Source of the DNA: an uncultured Solirubrobacterales bacterium | Lineage (GTDB): Bacteria; Actinomycetota; Thermoleophilia; Solirubrobacterales; Solirubrobacteraceae | DNA: 64,000 nt | Direction of reading: 5' to 3' | NCBI GenBank assembly: GCA_963813265.1 | Contig: CAWEYQ010000005.1 | Location: 21,684-85,683 of the forward strand | Part shown: positions 26,844 through 38,274 of the stretch, piece by piece | How positions within the stretch are numbered: position 1 is the stretch's first letter | How the letters are laid out: each line of letters begins with the position of its first letter | The notes under the pieces: generated by a model | Seen by the model: the letters and a program-made list of their open reading frames with translations, nothing else | Told to the model about the DNA's origin: nothing | The model's database searches: none | Program-made: the position numbers and the translations under genes

Positions 26844-29665
26844 GTGTCTACGGCGACGCGCGCCGCGTTGCTCGAGCGAGAGCACGAGCTGAGTACCTTG
26901 AGCGACGGACTCGGTCGCGCGCGCTCCGGCGACGGAGCGGTCCTGTTGGTCGAGGGCCCGGCCGGCGCCGGCAAGACGGAACTCGTGCGCGAGGCCCGCA
27001 CGGCCGGAGCCGCGGGTGGGATGTTGACGCTGGAGGCCAAGGGCTCAGAGCTCGAGCAGCCGTTTGCCTTCGGGGTGGTGCGTCAGTTACTCGAGTCGGA
27101 GGCGGGTCCCGGCTCGGCCGCGGGCGAGCTATTCGCCGGTGCGGCTGCGCCGGCGGCGCGCCTGTTCGAGACCGGCGAGCGGGGGCGTGCCACCGTGGAC
27201 ACGGACTTCGAGGCGCTTCACAGCCTTTACTGGCTGGTGGTCAACCTCGCCGACCGGGCGCCCCTGCTGCTCTCGGTCGACGACTGCCATTGGTCAGACC
27301 GCGACTCGCTGCTGTTTCTCTCCTATCTCGGTCAGCGAATCGACGGGCTCCGAGTGGCGATCCTGCTCGCCGGACGCCCGCCGGATGCGTCGGCCGCGGA
27401 GGCCGCGGCACTCTGGGGGCAGCTGGCATCACGGGCTGATGCGGTCGTGCTCTACCCGCGACCGCTGAGCGAGACGGCGGCGCTTGGCCTCGTGCGCGAG
27501 CGGCTCGGCAGCGAGGCGGCCGACGAGTTCTGTCGGGCATGCCATGCGGCGACGGGCGGAAATCCGCTGTTTCTGCGCGAGCTGCTCGGTGCGTTGGATG
27601 CCGCGGGGGTCGTGCCATCGGCGGGCGCTGCCGGCGACGTACAGGCGGTCGGACCGGCGGCCGTGGCTCGATTCGTACGACATCGGCTGTGGGCGCTCGG
27701 TCCCTCCGCCACCGAGCTGGCGAGGTCAGTCGCCGTGCTTGGCGACGGGAGCGAGCCTCAGCTCGCAGCGCATGTGGCAGGTCTCGGCGACGACGAAGCA
27801 CGCGCGGCCGCGGACGACCTCGTCCGCGCGGACATCTTCGCGCGCACCGCTCGCTTGGCGTTCGTCCATCCGATCGTGCGCGCGGCGCTGTACGAGGAGC
27901 TGGCGCCGGGCGAGCGCGAAGCCCGGCACGCCGCGGCGGCGGACGCTCTGACACGGCTGGGCGCATCTCCCGAGCACGTGACCGCGCACTTGCTGCTGAC
28001 CCGGGCGACCGGCGACGCGCGCAGAACCCGGACGCTCATATCGGCGGCGCGAGCCGCGGCCACGCGTGGCGCGCCGCGCGCCGCGGCGGTGCGTCTCCGT
28101 CGGGCACTTGATGAGTCGCCGGCCGACCAGGAGCGAGCCGAGATATTGACGGAGCTGGGCCGCTACGAGATCGCCGCGATGCAGTTCGAGGTGGCCGAGG
28201 AGCGTCTGAGCTCGGTCGTCAACTCGACTGCCGAGCTGGCCACTCGCGTCGACGCGGCCGCCACGCTCGCGCGATGCGTGCTGGTGTCCGGGAGTCGCTC
28301 AGCGGACCTCGCCGAGGCGGCACTGGCGTCACTTGCCGAAACGCTGGCGCCCATCGACGTCGAGCGCTCCCTCGAGGTCGAGTGTGATCTGGTGATGGTC
28401 GCCACGGTGACGCCGCGGCTCCGTCCGGGACTAGGCACGCATCTCGCCCGGTTCCGCGAGAAGGCCCGCGGTCATCCTGAATTCGAAGCCGTCGCCGAGA
28501 TCCACACCGCCCTGGAGCAGCTCCTGCGCGGGGGCTCGGCTGATGCTTCGGCGGCTGCCGCGCAGGCAGCGCTGATGGCCGGCCTGCCGACATCGGCCGC
28601 CGAGCAACGCCGGGTTCCTGGCGATCCATACGCTGCGGCTCGCCGAGCACTACGACGTACCGCTGCGGCTGCTCGACCGGATACTGGAAGGCGCCCGTCG
28701 TGAGGGCCATGCCGCCAGGCAGGGCCTGATTCACGGGCAACGTGCGTGGATCGCGCTCGCCCAGGGATCGCTTCACGACGCGCAGATCGAGGCGGAGACC
28801 GGCCTGCAGCTGATCGGGGAGCCGCATTTCGCACTGCCGCAGCTTCTGGCGGCCGCGGTCATTGTGCATGTGGAGGACGGGGATCTCGACCGGGCCGAGA
28901 CGCTGGCGCAGATCGGCGGGCGGCTTGGCAGCGACGAGGATCGGCTGTACGTCGATCTATTTCCTGACCGCACGCGGTCGTCTGCGGATCGCGCAGGGGC
29001 GGCTGCGCGAGGGCGTCACGGACCTCTTGTGGTGCGGCGAGCGGCTGAGCGTGCTGGACGTGCATTGGCCGTGCGACTGGCGGGCGTACGCCGCACCGCC
29101 GCTCGCTGCGCTCGGCGAGCACGCGCGGGCGCTGGCGCTGGCGCGCGAGCAGCTGGCGGTTGCGCGGGCGGTGGGGGCGCCGGGGGCATTGGGCCTCTCG
29201 CTGCGCGCCGCGGCGCGCGTGGTCGGTGACGACGAGGCGCTCCCGCTCCTCCAGGAGGCGATGTCGATCCTCGAGCCGAGCCCCGCGAAATTGGAGCTCG
29301 CTCACACGCTCAGCGACCTCGCGGCTCTGCTCAATCGTGCCGGCCGACGGCGGGAGGGCCGGACCGCGGCGCGCCGGGCCATCGAGCTCGCCGATCAGTG
29401 TGGGGCGGCTCCTCTGGCGGCGGCGGCGCGCGCCGAGCTCCAGGCGGGGCCGGGGCGACCGGCACGGACTGAGTTGACCGGGCCGAACGCGCTCACGGCG
29501 GCGGAGCGGCGGGTCTGCCGGCAGGCCACCGAAGGGCAGACGAATCGGGAGATCGCCCAGGCGCTGTTCATCACCGAGAAGACGGTCGAGCGCCATCTGT
29601 CCAGCGCGTACCACAAGCTGGGCATCCGCTCGCGCCATCAGCTCGCATCGGCGATCGGTCAGTAG
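26844..29665 (+). CDS. Large ATP-binding LuxR regulator (AAA_16 plus LuxR HTH), frameshifts near 28610 and 28960
   Basis: GPAGAGKT, SVDDCHW, TGGNPLFL, FVHPIVR; C-terminal LTAAERRV...TNREIAQALFITEKTVERHLSSAYHKLGI. Confidence 0.88.
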
Positions 29666-29703
29666 CAAAACGGTAGGGAAAACACGCGGGGTTCCCCTCT
29701 TGT
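29666..29703 (+). promoter_or_regulatory. Putative LAL-regulator binding motif, copy 2
   Basis: AAAACGGTAGGGAAAACACGCGGGGTTCCCCTCTTG upstream of the MMPL gene. Confidence 0.45.
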
Positions 29704-29784
29704 GACGCGGGGGTGGTCACGCCGAGGATGCGTGGCACGCCAACGCACACGTCAGCGCCGCTGACGGAGAGGAAGGGGCTGCAC

Positions 29785-32019
29785 ATGACTGGAATGCTGT
29801 ACGCGATCGCACGGTTCTGCGTCCGGCGGCGCGTCGTCGTCCTCGCCGTCTGGGTGCTGGGTGCTGCAGCGCTCGTCACGGCGTCGCACCGCCTGAGCGA
29901 CAACACGAACGACAACATCAAGCTGCCGGGCACCGACAGCCAGCGCGCCACCGACGCGCTGAGTCATTCGTTCCCCGCGCAGTCGAACGGCTCCAGCCCG
30001 ATCGTGCTCCACGTGACGAGCGGAAAGCTGACCGACTCGAAGTACGCGAGCGCGGTCAACGCAGCCGCGACCGACGTCGCCCAGGCACCGCACGTCGCCT
30101 CGGTCGTCAGTCCGCTCACGTCGCAGGGCGCATCCGCGCTCAGCAAGGACCAGGCGACGGGCTACCTCTCGGTGACGACCACGGTCAGCCCGGGGGCGTT
30201 GTCTGTCGATGATGCGCAGACGATCATCAACGCCGCGTCCAAACCAGCTCAGGCAGCCGGCATCGAGGTGCAGACCGGTGGGCAGCTCGGCCAGAAGGTC
30301 TCCAAGCCAGGGACGGAGTCGAGCGAGCTCATCGGGATCCTCGCGGCGATGGTGATCCTCACCTTCACGTTCGGCACGGTGGTCGCGATGCTGCTCCCGA
30401 TCATCAACGCGATCCTCGCGCTCGCGGCAACTCTGGCCATCGTCCGGATGCTCAGTCACGTCACGACCGTGTCAACCGTGGCCCCGACGCTCGCCACGAT
30501 GATCGGGCTCGGCGTTGGGATCGACTACGCGCTGTTCATCGTCACCCGTCACTTCCGCGGTTTGGACGAGGGCCTTGATGTGAAGGAGTCGATCGCCCGG
30601 GCGACCGCCACGTCGGGCGGGGCCGTGGTCTTCGCCGGCGGGACGGTGACGATCGCGCTTGTGTCCCTCGCCGTCGCCGACATTCCGCTGGTGACGACGA
30701 TGGGATTGATGGCGGCGGTTGCCGTGGTGGTCGCGGTGCTCGCCGCCGTGACGCTGCTGCCCGCAATGCTCGCGCTCGTCGGTCCACGGATCAACTCGCT
30801 GCGCGTGCGGGCACATCACTCGCAGGCCGACTCGAAGCACGGCATGTGGGCCAGGTGGGCCGCGCGCGTTGCCAGCCGGCCCGTGATCGCCGGCCTCGCC
30901 GCACTCGTGATCCTGATCCCGCTGGCGGTCCCGCTCCTCTCACTCAACCTCGGCCAGAAGGACGTCGCCGCACTCTCGAACTCAACGACCGCCCGCCAGG
31001 CGTACGACCTGATTTCCAAGAACTTTGGAGCCGGGGTAAACGGGCCGCTGATCGTCGCCGTCTCGCTCGGCTCGCCCGCCAGCGGCACGAACGACCCGCG
31101 GCTCACGACCCTCCAAAAGGACGTCTCCCAGAGCTCCGGCGTCGCCGCCACCACGCCGATGCAGATCAACAAGTCGGGAACGACCGCCTACTTCAATGCC
31201 ATCTCGACTCAGGGCCCGGCTGAGAACGCCACCACCGACCTCGTCAACGATCTGAGGAGCTCGGTCATCCCGAAAGCCGAGACGGGCACGAACATGAAGG
31301 CCTACGTCGGCGGGACGACAGCCAGCTACATCGATCTCGCCTCGAACATCTCGGCGAAGCTCCCGCTTCAGATCCTGGTGGTGATCGCGCTCAGCTTCAC
31401 GCTGCTCACGCTCGCCTTCCGTACGGTCGTGATCCCTATGCAAGCGGCGGTGATGAACGTCCTGTCGATCGGCGCTGCCTACGGCGTGTTGACGGCGGTC
31501 TTCCAGTTCGGCTGGCTGCACGGCCTGATCGGTCTCGACGGATCGGTCCCGGTCGTCTCCTACGTGCCGCTGTTCATGTTCGCGATCCTGTTCGGTCTTT
31601 CGATGGACTACGAGGTCTTCCTGGTGAGCCAGATCGAGGAGCACGTCCACGCCGGTGAGGACAATCGCTCGTCCGTCGTGTCGGGGCTGGTCACCAGCGC
31701 TCGCGTGATCACGGCGGCGGCCGCGATCATGGTGTTCGTGTTCGGCAGCTTCGTGCTCAACGGCGATCCCACGGTCAAGCAGTTCGGAATCGGACTGGCG
31801 GTCGCGGTGATCCTGGATGCCACGATCGTCCGCTGCCTGCTCGTGCCGGCGGTGATGGTCATCGTGGGCAAGAGCAACTGGTATCTGCCGCGGTGGCTCG
31901 AGCGGCTCCTCCCACATATCAGCATCGAGGGGGCCGAGTTCTTCAGGACCCCGAGCGACCGCGAGCCGGTTGAGTCTGAGCGCGAGCGTGAGGCCATGGC
32001 GGGAGCGGCCGCGTCCTGA
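29785..32019 (+). CDS. MMPL family RND transporter
   Basis: GLGVGIDYALF, FGAGVNGPL, LFGLSMDYEVFL, DATIVRCLLVPA; AGGAAGG RBS. Confidence 0.93.
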   Translation: MTGMLYAIARFCVRRRVVVLAVWVLGAAALVTASHRLSDNTNDNIKLPGTDSQRATDALSHSFPAQSNGSSPIVLHVTSGKLTDSKYASAVNAAATDVAQAPHVASVVSPLTSQGASALSKDQATGYLSVTTTVSPGALSVDDAQTIINAASKPAQAAGIEVQTGGQLGQKVSKPGTESSELIGILAAMVILTFTFGTVVAMLLPIINAILALAATLAIVRMLSHVTTVSTVAPTLATMIGLGVGIDYALFIVTRHFRGLDEGLDVKESIARATATSGGAVVFAGGTVTIALVSLAVADIPLVTTMGLMAAVAVVVAVLAAVTLLPAMLALVGPRINSLRVRAHHSQADSKHGMWARWAARVASRPVIAGLAALVILIPLAVPLLSLNLGQKDVAALSNSTTARQAYDLISKNFGAGVNGPLIVAVSLGSPASGTNDPRLTTLQKDVSQSSGVAATTPMQINKSGTTAYFNAISTQGPAENATTDLVNDLRSSVIPKAETGTNMKAYVGGTTASYIDLASNISAKLPLQILVVIALSFTLLTLAFRTVVIPMQAAVMNVLSIGAAYGVLTAVFQFGWLHGLIGLDGSVPVVSYVPLFMFAILFGLSMDYEVFLVSQIEEHVHAGEDNRSSVVSGLVTSARVITAAAAIMVFVFGSFVLNGDPTVKQFGIGLAVAVILDATIVRCLLVPAVMVIVGKSNWYLPRWLERLLPHISIEGAEFFRTPSDREPVESEREREAMAGAAAS

Positions 32020-32165
32020 GGGGCGTTTCGCGAGAGCGAGATCCTGCCCCTGCTCGCGCCGCGCTGCGGTTGACTTCCAGATCGGGGCCTGGTATTGAAT
32101 GACCTCGCAGGATGGACAGGGCCGTCAGGGATCGGCGACCGGGTGGCAGCTCTCGATTGGAGTCC

Positions 32166-33847
32166 ATGATGCCGGTGCACGGGCCGCGTACGGAACCAAG
32201 GAGGCGGGTCTTCGCCCGCGCGCTGGCAGGAGCCCTGCTCGCAGGGCTCCTGTACACCCAGGGCGCGTCGGCCGCGATCAGCGAGTTCCCGACCCCGACC
32301 CAGTTCTCGACGCCGACCGGAATCGCTGAAGGCCCCGACGGGGCGCTCTGGTTCGACGAACTCGGCGCCAGCAAAATCGGGCGGATCACAACCGGCGCCA
32401 GCTTCAGTGAGTTTCCCACCCCGGCGCCGTTCAGCCAGCCGTTTGGGATCACTCAAGGCCCAGACGGCGCGCTGTGGTTCACCGAACTCGACAAGATCGG
32501 CCGGATCACGACCACCGGCACCATCACCGAGTTCGCGATCCCGAACTCGTCAAGCGGCCCTGAGGACATCACCGCGGGCCCCGACGGGGCGCTGTGGTTC
32601 ACCGAGGAGATCGCCGGCAAGATCGCGAGGATCACGACCACCGGCGCGGTCACCGAGTTCACAGTCCCGACAGCCGACAGCGCGCCGACCCAAATTGTGC
32701 AGGGCTCAGACGGGGCGCTGTGGTTCACCGAGAACGGCAACATCGGAGCGGGCGCGAACAAGATCGGGCGGATCACGACCGACGGCGCGATCACCGAGTT
32801 CGCGGTCCCGACCGCGTCAAGCCAACCCGACGGGATCGCCGCAGGCCCCGACGGGGCGATCTGGTTCACGGAGCAGGCAGGCAACAAGATCGGGCGTCTG
32901 ACGACCGCCGGCACCTTCACCGAGTTCCCAATCCCGACGGCCGCAAGCGACTCTCGCGGAATCGCCTCCGGCCCCGACGGCGCGCTGTGGTTCACCGAAC
33001 GAGCAGCGGGCAAGATCGGGCGTCTGACCACCGCCGGTGCCTTCAGCGAGTATTCGATCGCGAGCGCCTCAAGCGCACCTGATCAGATCACCGCCGGGCC
33101 TGACGGCGCGATGTGGTTCACCGAGAACAGCAGCAAGATCGGGCGGATCACGCTCCCGCCGGCGGCGCTCGCGCTCACGCCGAAAACAGCGAGCAACACG
33201 ATCGGCACCCAGCACTGTGTGAGCGCAACGGTCACCGATGGCGCCTCCAACCCGACCGCGAATGTCACCGTGCGCTTCACGGTGACAGGCTCGGTCACCA
33301 CGAGCGGCTCGCCGTGACCGACGCGAGCGGCAAGGCCGGCTTCTGCTACCAGGGCCCGCAGCTTCCCGGCGCGGACACGATCTCGGCGTTCGCCGACGTC
33401 GACAGCAACGCGAGCCAAGGCCCGGGCGAGCCGTCGGACACCGCGACGAAGGCCTGGACGTTCCCCGCATCGAGCTGCACGGCGAAGCTCGTCGCCGCAG
33501 CCGGGGAGATCGTCGCCGCCAACGGTGACCACGCCGTGTTCGCGGGCCTCGTCGTCAAGATCGGCGCCACGCCCAAGGGCGAGGAGCAGTACCTCGACCT
33601 CGGCCATCCCCTCGGACCGCATCTGGATTCGATCCAGATCCAGGCGCTGACCTGCAACGCCGCGCGCACGCAGGCCACGATCTTCGGAACCGCCAAGGTC
33701 GACGGGTCGGGTGCTCACAACTTCAGGATCGACGTTCAGGACCTGGGCGAGCCCGGGATCAGGCGGGACACCTACCGGATCCTGATCGACACGGGTTATG
33801 ACTCGGGCGTGAAGACACTCGCGCTGGGCAACATCCAGATCCAATAG
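32166..33847 (+). CDS. Secreted Vgb-like beta-propeller plus Ig-like domain protein (frameshift near 33310)
   Basis: Signal peptide; seven G(P/S)DGA(L/I/M)WF repeats; Big-like VSATVTD...NVTVRFTVTG. Confidence 0.85.
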
Positions 33848-33890
33848 GGGTTGAGTCGGGCCTCGACGCCGAGCGGTTCAGTCTGGCCGC

Positions 33891-34376
33891 TCAGCCCGCC
33901 GTGCCGTCGAGCCGCTCGGCGAGTTCGACGATCAGACCTTCGGGTCCGCGGACGTAGCAGAGGAGGAATGTGCTCTCGAAGTCGACGATCTCCCCGACCG
34001 TTTCCCAGCCGGCATCTCGGACGCGGTCGACGACGCCACGCACGTCGTCGACCTTGAAGGCGACGTGTCGGAGCCCGGGACGGTTCGCGGCCGGGGCCGG
34101 TTCGTGAGCGCCGGCCGAGGGCGAGTGGAAGCGCACGACCTCGAACATGTCGCTGCCGTCGGGGGCGCGAGCCATCACGACCTCGACCTTCGCGTTTTCG
34201 AGACCGATGATTCGATCGATCCACTCGCCGCTGAAGGTTCCGGGCGTGCCGCAGTCGAGGCCGAGCAGCGCCAGAAACCGGACGGTCTCGTCGAGGTCCT
34301 CGACGACGAGTCCGATGTGGACGAAGTCGGTGACGCCGGGGCGGTGGCTGTCGGTTGAGGTCAATGCCTTGGTCAC
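33891..34376 (-). CDS. VOC/glyoxalase family protein
   Basis: HIGLVVEDL, GLRHVAFKVDD, CYVRGPEGLIVELAE. Confidence 0.88.
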   Translation of the reverse strand: MTKALTSTDSHRPGVTDFVHIGLVVEDLDETVRFLALLGLDCGTPGTFSGEWIDRIIGLENAKVEVVMARAPDGSDMFEVVRFHSPSAGAHEPAPAANRPGLRHVAFKVDDVRGVVDRVRDAGWETVGEIVDFESTFLLCYVRGPEGLIVELAERLDGTAG

Positions 34377-34405
34377 GTCTGCGCTCCCTTCCGAGTTCCT
34401 CTGAC

Positions 34406-34899
34406 TCACTCCTCGTTGGGCAGCAGCCCGAACAGCCCGGAGAAGAGCGGGGTGATCAGCCGCGAATGCGGATAAACGCGGTACCTGTTGTAGACAGTGC
34501 CGTCCTGCATCGCGAACACGTTCCAGCCGGCGCTCACCGACACGGCCGACTCGAGGTCCGGCGCCACGACGTCTTTGCGGTAGTCGCGCAGCCACTGCGG
34601 CGCTTCGCGGAGCAGCTGGCCCATGTCGAACTCTTCTCGGACGGTGCCGGACATTCCCTCGCGGCGGAACGCGTAGCCGTAGTCGAACAGGAAGTCGCTG
34701 CCGTGCGCCGACACGTACGGCATCGTCCACCCAACCTCGGCCCGTCCTCGGTCGCGAATGTGTACTCCTTCTCGACCGGGACCCACGGCAGCTCGCGCCG
34801 CTGCTGCTCGATGCGCTTGGCGTGCTCTTCCAGCTCTCGCTCGGCTGCCAGCAGCTCCTTGCGCGCGCCCTGCCAGTCCTGCTCCGTGGCGACCTTCAT
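34406..34899 (-). pseudogene. DUF899 thioredoxin-like protein with internal deletion
   Basis: WQGARKELL..RRELPWVPVEKEYTF..GP joined out of frame near 34735 to GWTMPYVSAHGSDF. Confidence 0.7.
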
Positions 34900-34957
34900 C
34901 GGACCTCCTTCGCGTTGAACTCGTCCTTGTCCCTAGGACCGCGCTACCCCGCACTTC

Positions 34958-35659
34958 TCATCGGCTCACATCACCTGGCGACCCCGTGAGAAACCGTTCG
35001 AGGCCGTCGAGGATGACGTCGAAACCGAAGAGGAACTCGCGGTCGTAGTCGTAGCCGGCCTGGGCGACATAGCCGCCGACGACCTCGACCAGGTTCGGGT
35101 AGTCGGCCAGGGCGTCCGCGTGGGCGATCATCTGTCGCTGGGCTTCCGCCGCGAAGTCCTCGGTCGTCTGGGAGGACATGTCGGTCTGCTGGAGGGCGAA
35201 GCCGTAGATGTACGCGTCCTGCACCGACATGGCGTGGACGGTCATCTCGATCGAGAAGCCGGCCGCGCGTAGGCAGCCCAGGACCGCGTCGTGAACCCTC
35301 ATGTTCGAGGGCCCGTGGCTGGTGCGACCCTCCATCTCGCCGACCGCCCACCGGTGGCGCAACAGGGCCGCGCGCGTCGAGACCGCGCGCTGGCGCAGCT
35401 CGGCCTTCCAATCTCCGCCCGCAGCGGGAGGTTCGATCTCGCTGAAGACCAGCTCGATCATCCCGTCGAGGAGGTCGCCCTTGTTGGCGACATGGTTGTA
35501 GAGCGACATGGCCTCGACGCCGAGATCCTTGGCGAGGCTGCGCATCGTCAGCTCCTGGAGACCCCGGTCGTCTGCGAGTGCGATGGCCGTTCGCAGCACG
35601 CGCTCCCTGGTGAGCCTTCGGGGTTTTGCGGGCTTCCTGGTCTTCGTGGTCGCGGGCAA
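34958..35659 (-). CDS. TetR family regulator
   Basis: LTRERVL, LTMRSLAKDLGVEAMSLYNHV; AAGGAG before TTG 35659. Confidence 0.92.
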   Translation of the reverse strand: MPATTKTRKPAKPRRLTRERVLRTAIALADDRGLQELTMRSLAKDLGVEAMSLYNHVANKGDLLDGMIELVFSEIEPPAAGGDWKAELRQRAVSTRAALLRHRWAVGEMEGRTSHGPSNMRVHDAVLGCLRAAGFSIEMTVHAMSVQDAYIYGFALQQTDMSSQTTEDFAAEAQRQMIAHADALADYPNLVEVVGGYVAQAGYDYDREFLFGFDVILDGLERFLTGSPGDVSR

Positions 35660-35706
35660 GAAACGCTCCTTAGGGGCGCCGCGAGCATAGATCGGTCTCG
35701 GCGCAC

Positions 35707-35762
35707 TTGACAAACTTACAAGGTAAGTATATACCTTCGTCGCACAGACTTACAACGTAAGT
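35707..35762. promoter_or_regulatory. Promoter with two palindromic TetR-type operators
   Basis: TTGACA at 35707; ACTTAC-AAG-GTAAGT (35714-35728) and ACTTAC-AAC-GTAAGT (35748-35762) between divergent TetR and DUF4386 genes. Confidence 0.8.
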
Positions 35763-35781
35763 ATCGGGAGCGAACGAAAGG

Positions 35782-36618
35782 ATGGGAGAGATGGTCATGT
35801 CCTCACTGAACGGGTCCGCATCGACAGCGCCCGACCGACCGGCGCAAGCCGACTCGAGCAAGCGCGCGCGCATCGCGGGCATCTTCTTCGTCATCACGTT
35901 CATCTCCATCGCGGCATTGCCGCTTTACCACTCGGTGCTCAAAGACCACAGCTTCATCGTCGGAGCCGGTGGCGACGCGAGCGTTCAGCTGGGTGCGCTC
36001 GCCGAAATCATCACCGCCATCGCCGGCATCGGCACAGCGGTCACGCTGTATCCCGTCCTCCGCCGCCAGAGCGAAGGCCTGGCGCTGGGCTACGTGACGC
36101 TGCGCGTCGTCGAGTCCGCCCTGATCACGGTCGGAATCGTGAGCCTGCTCGCCGTCGTCACGCTCCGTCAGGATCTCGCCAGCGGTGGGACCGACCGCGC
36201 GTCGCTCATCCTCACCGGCCGGTCGCTGGTGGCAGTCCACGATGCCACGTTCCTGCTCGGCCCCGCGTTCTGCGCCGCCATCGGGAACGGACTCATGCTC
36301 GGCTATCTGATGCTGCGGTCCGGACTCGTACCGCGGCGATTCGCACAGTTCGGAATCGCCGCCGGCTCGCTGGCGATGCTGACGGCCCTGCTCGTCCTGT
36401 TCGGCGCCTACGGGCAAGTCTCCGGAACGTCGGCAGTCCTGACCCTCCCCGAGGCCGTGTGGGAGTTGTCGCTGGGCGTCTATCTCATCACCAAGGGCTT
36501 CAGGTCAGACGCGCCTCTCTTCACGCAGGAGCGGCGCGACGCCGGAGCCCGCACGTTCGGCGTGCGCCGGACGGTCGCATCCGACGGCGCAGCATTGGCC
36601 GGCGTCGGACCTCGCTGA
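35782..36618 (+). CDS. DUF4386 membrane protein
   Basis: ARIAGIFFVITF, IGTAVTLYPVL, GYLMLRSGLVPR, WELSLGVYL. Confidence 0.8.
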   Translation: MGEMVMSSLNGSASTAPDRPAQADSSKRARIAGIFFVITFISIAALPLYHSVLKDHSFIVGAGGDASVQLGALAEIITAIAGIGTAVTLYPVLRRQSEGLALGYVTLRVVESALITVGIVSLLAVVTLRQDLASGGTDRASLILTGRSLVAVHDATFLLGPAFCAAIGNGLMLGYLMLRSGLVPRRFAQFGIAAGSLAMLTALLVLFGAYGQVSGTSAVLTLPEAVWELSLGVYLITKGFRSDAPLFTQERRDAGARTFGVRRTVASDGAALAGVGPR

Positions 36619-36682
36619 ACTAGCGACGACCCAGGAACATCACAGTGTGGAGCCCGGCATTCGCCGGGCTCCGTCCGTGGTC

Positions 36683-37354
36683 CTAATGGCCGCTGCCGCC
36701 GCCGCTGCCGCCGTTGCCGTTACCGCCGTTGCCGTCGGTACCGCCGCAGCTTTCATGCCCTCGGCAGACGTCGTTGCCACCGCCACCCTTCTCCCTATCG
36801 GTGCCGGCGCCGCCGTCGATGGCGTCGTTGCCGGTCCCGCCGTCGATGGTGTCGTTGCCGTCATCGGCGCCGTGGCTGTTGCCTGCATCGTCACCGAACA
36901 GGTGGTCGTTGCCGGCGTCACCCGATAGCCGATCGTCGCCGGCGTCGCCTGATAGCCGGTCGTCGCCGGCGTCGCCTGATAGCCGGTCGTCGCCGGCGTC
37001 GCCCGAGAGCTGGTCATCGCCGGTATCGCCACTCTCGGTGTCGTTGCCGGTCCCGCCGAAGATCCTGTCGCGACCGGCGCCGCCGCGCAGATTGTCGCGA
37101 CCGCCGCCGCCGCAGATGATGTCGTTGCCACCGCGACCGTCGACCGTATCGTTGCCGGCGCCGGCGAAGATCACGTCGTCATGAGACGTGCCCCTGATCC
37201 GGTCGTTGCGGGCCGTGCCGACGATCGTCGCCACCTTGCCATCGCACCTTGCGCGCGAGCGGTGGCTCGACTGATGGGCGCGAGCAAAGGCGTCGCCGGA
37301 GCTCATCGCGACCACAGACGTCGCCACGACCGCGACTAGAAATAGACGTCTCAC
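36683..37354 (-). CDS. Secreted calcium-binding protein with hemolysin-type (RTX) nonapeptide repeats
   Basis: Signal peptide, CDGKVATIVGT, tandem GxxGxDxLx repeats (27-nt repeats near 36920-37010). Confidence 0.85.
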   Translation of the reverse strand: MRRLFLVAVVATSVVAMSSGDAFARAHQSSHRSRARCDGKVATIVGTARNDRIRGTSHDDVIFAGAGNDTVDGRGGNDIICGGGGRDNLRGGAGRDRIFGGTGNDTESGDTGDDQLSGDAGDDRLSGDAGDDRLSGDAGDDRLSGDAGNDHLFGDDAGNSHGADDGNDTIDGGTGNDAIDGGAGTDREKGGGGNDVCRGHESCGGTDGNGGNGNGGSGGGSGH

Positions 37355-37698
37355 TAGTACCTCCTCGGCGCCGACAGATCTCTGCGGCGCGACTGGTTTT
37401 GTTTTGCAAACACAAGAGAAGAGACGCGCGGGACCAAAAAGGGTCACGCGACGCCCGCGGAAGATTGCGGAGCGAGCTGAGAAACACGTCGGAAAGCCAA
37501 GGACCCACACCTCCGAGAGCCGTCATGACTGCGTCTCCGCGGTTGCCACGGACCGCGTCATCGTCGTGGACCACGATCGCGGGTGCGTGGTCGAATTCGC
37601 AATTGGACGATGGTGCTAAGACGAGTGGGCCACCTCGGCGCTCGGGCACCGGGGCGAGATAGGCTGCGGCCGCCCTGAACTGTGAATAGGAGGTCTGC

Positions 37699-38274
37699 AT
37701 GCCGGCGAGGATCCCTCTTCCCACCGACGACGAGCTCACGCCGGAGGATCGCGAGCTGCTCGACAAGGTTCCGCCGCTCAATGTCTTCCGGATGGTCGCG
37801 GGCACGCGACGCGGCTTGCGACCGTTCCTGCAGCTCGGGGCCGCGGCACTCTCGAGCTCGATGGACGCCCGGCGCCGTGAGATCGCGGTGCTCCGGGTCG
37901 CGCATGCCACGAGCGCCGGCTACGAGCGGGCGCAGCACGAGCGGCTGGCTCGGCTGGCAGGCGTGACCGAGGAGGAGATCGCCGCGATCGCGGTCGAGGA
38001 GCCGGTCGCCAGCCTCGACGAGGAGGCCAATCTGATCTGCCGCGTCGCCGATGAGGTGAGCCGGGATGTGCGCCTCTCCGACGAAGCGCTCGCCCAGGTG
38101 ATCGAGCGCTACGGCCCGCGCGAAGCCTCGGACGTGATCCTGCTCGTCAGCTACTACAACATGGTCAGCCGGTTCCTTGAGTCCACACGGGTCGAGCTTG
38201 AGAAGGAGGCACCGGACGGGTGGCAGGCGATCGGCGGCGGCGCGCAGCCACGCCGACCGGAGGGCGGCAGATGA
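37699..38274 (+). CDS. Carboxymuconolactone decarboxylase / AhpD family protein
   Basis: LNVFRMVA, RREIAVLRVA, YERAQH, YYNMVSRFL. Confidence 0.85.
   Translation: MPARIPLPTDDELTPEDRELLDKVPPLNVFRMVAGTRRGLRPFLQLGAAALSSSMDARRREIAVLRVAHATSAGYERAQHERLARLAGVTEEEIAAIAVEEPVASLDEEANLICRVADEVSRDVRLSDEALAQVIERYGPREASDVILLVSYYNMVSRFLESTRVELEKEAPDGWQAIGGGAQPRRPEGGR

Noticed and set aside
26340-32019. Secondary-metabolite biosynthetic cluster
   Set aside because: SnoaL, LAL and MMPL genes are present but no PKS, NRPS, terpene or RiPP core enzyme
32280-33150. CRISPR-like or other non-coding repeat array
   Set aside because: The repeats are in-frame Vgb propeller blades; no cas genes
36800-37200. RTX toxin or CIS effector
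   Set aside because: Short signal-peptide protein made almost only of calcium-binding repeats; no toxin domain or type I secretion genes, and far from the CIS
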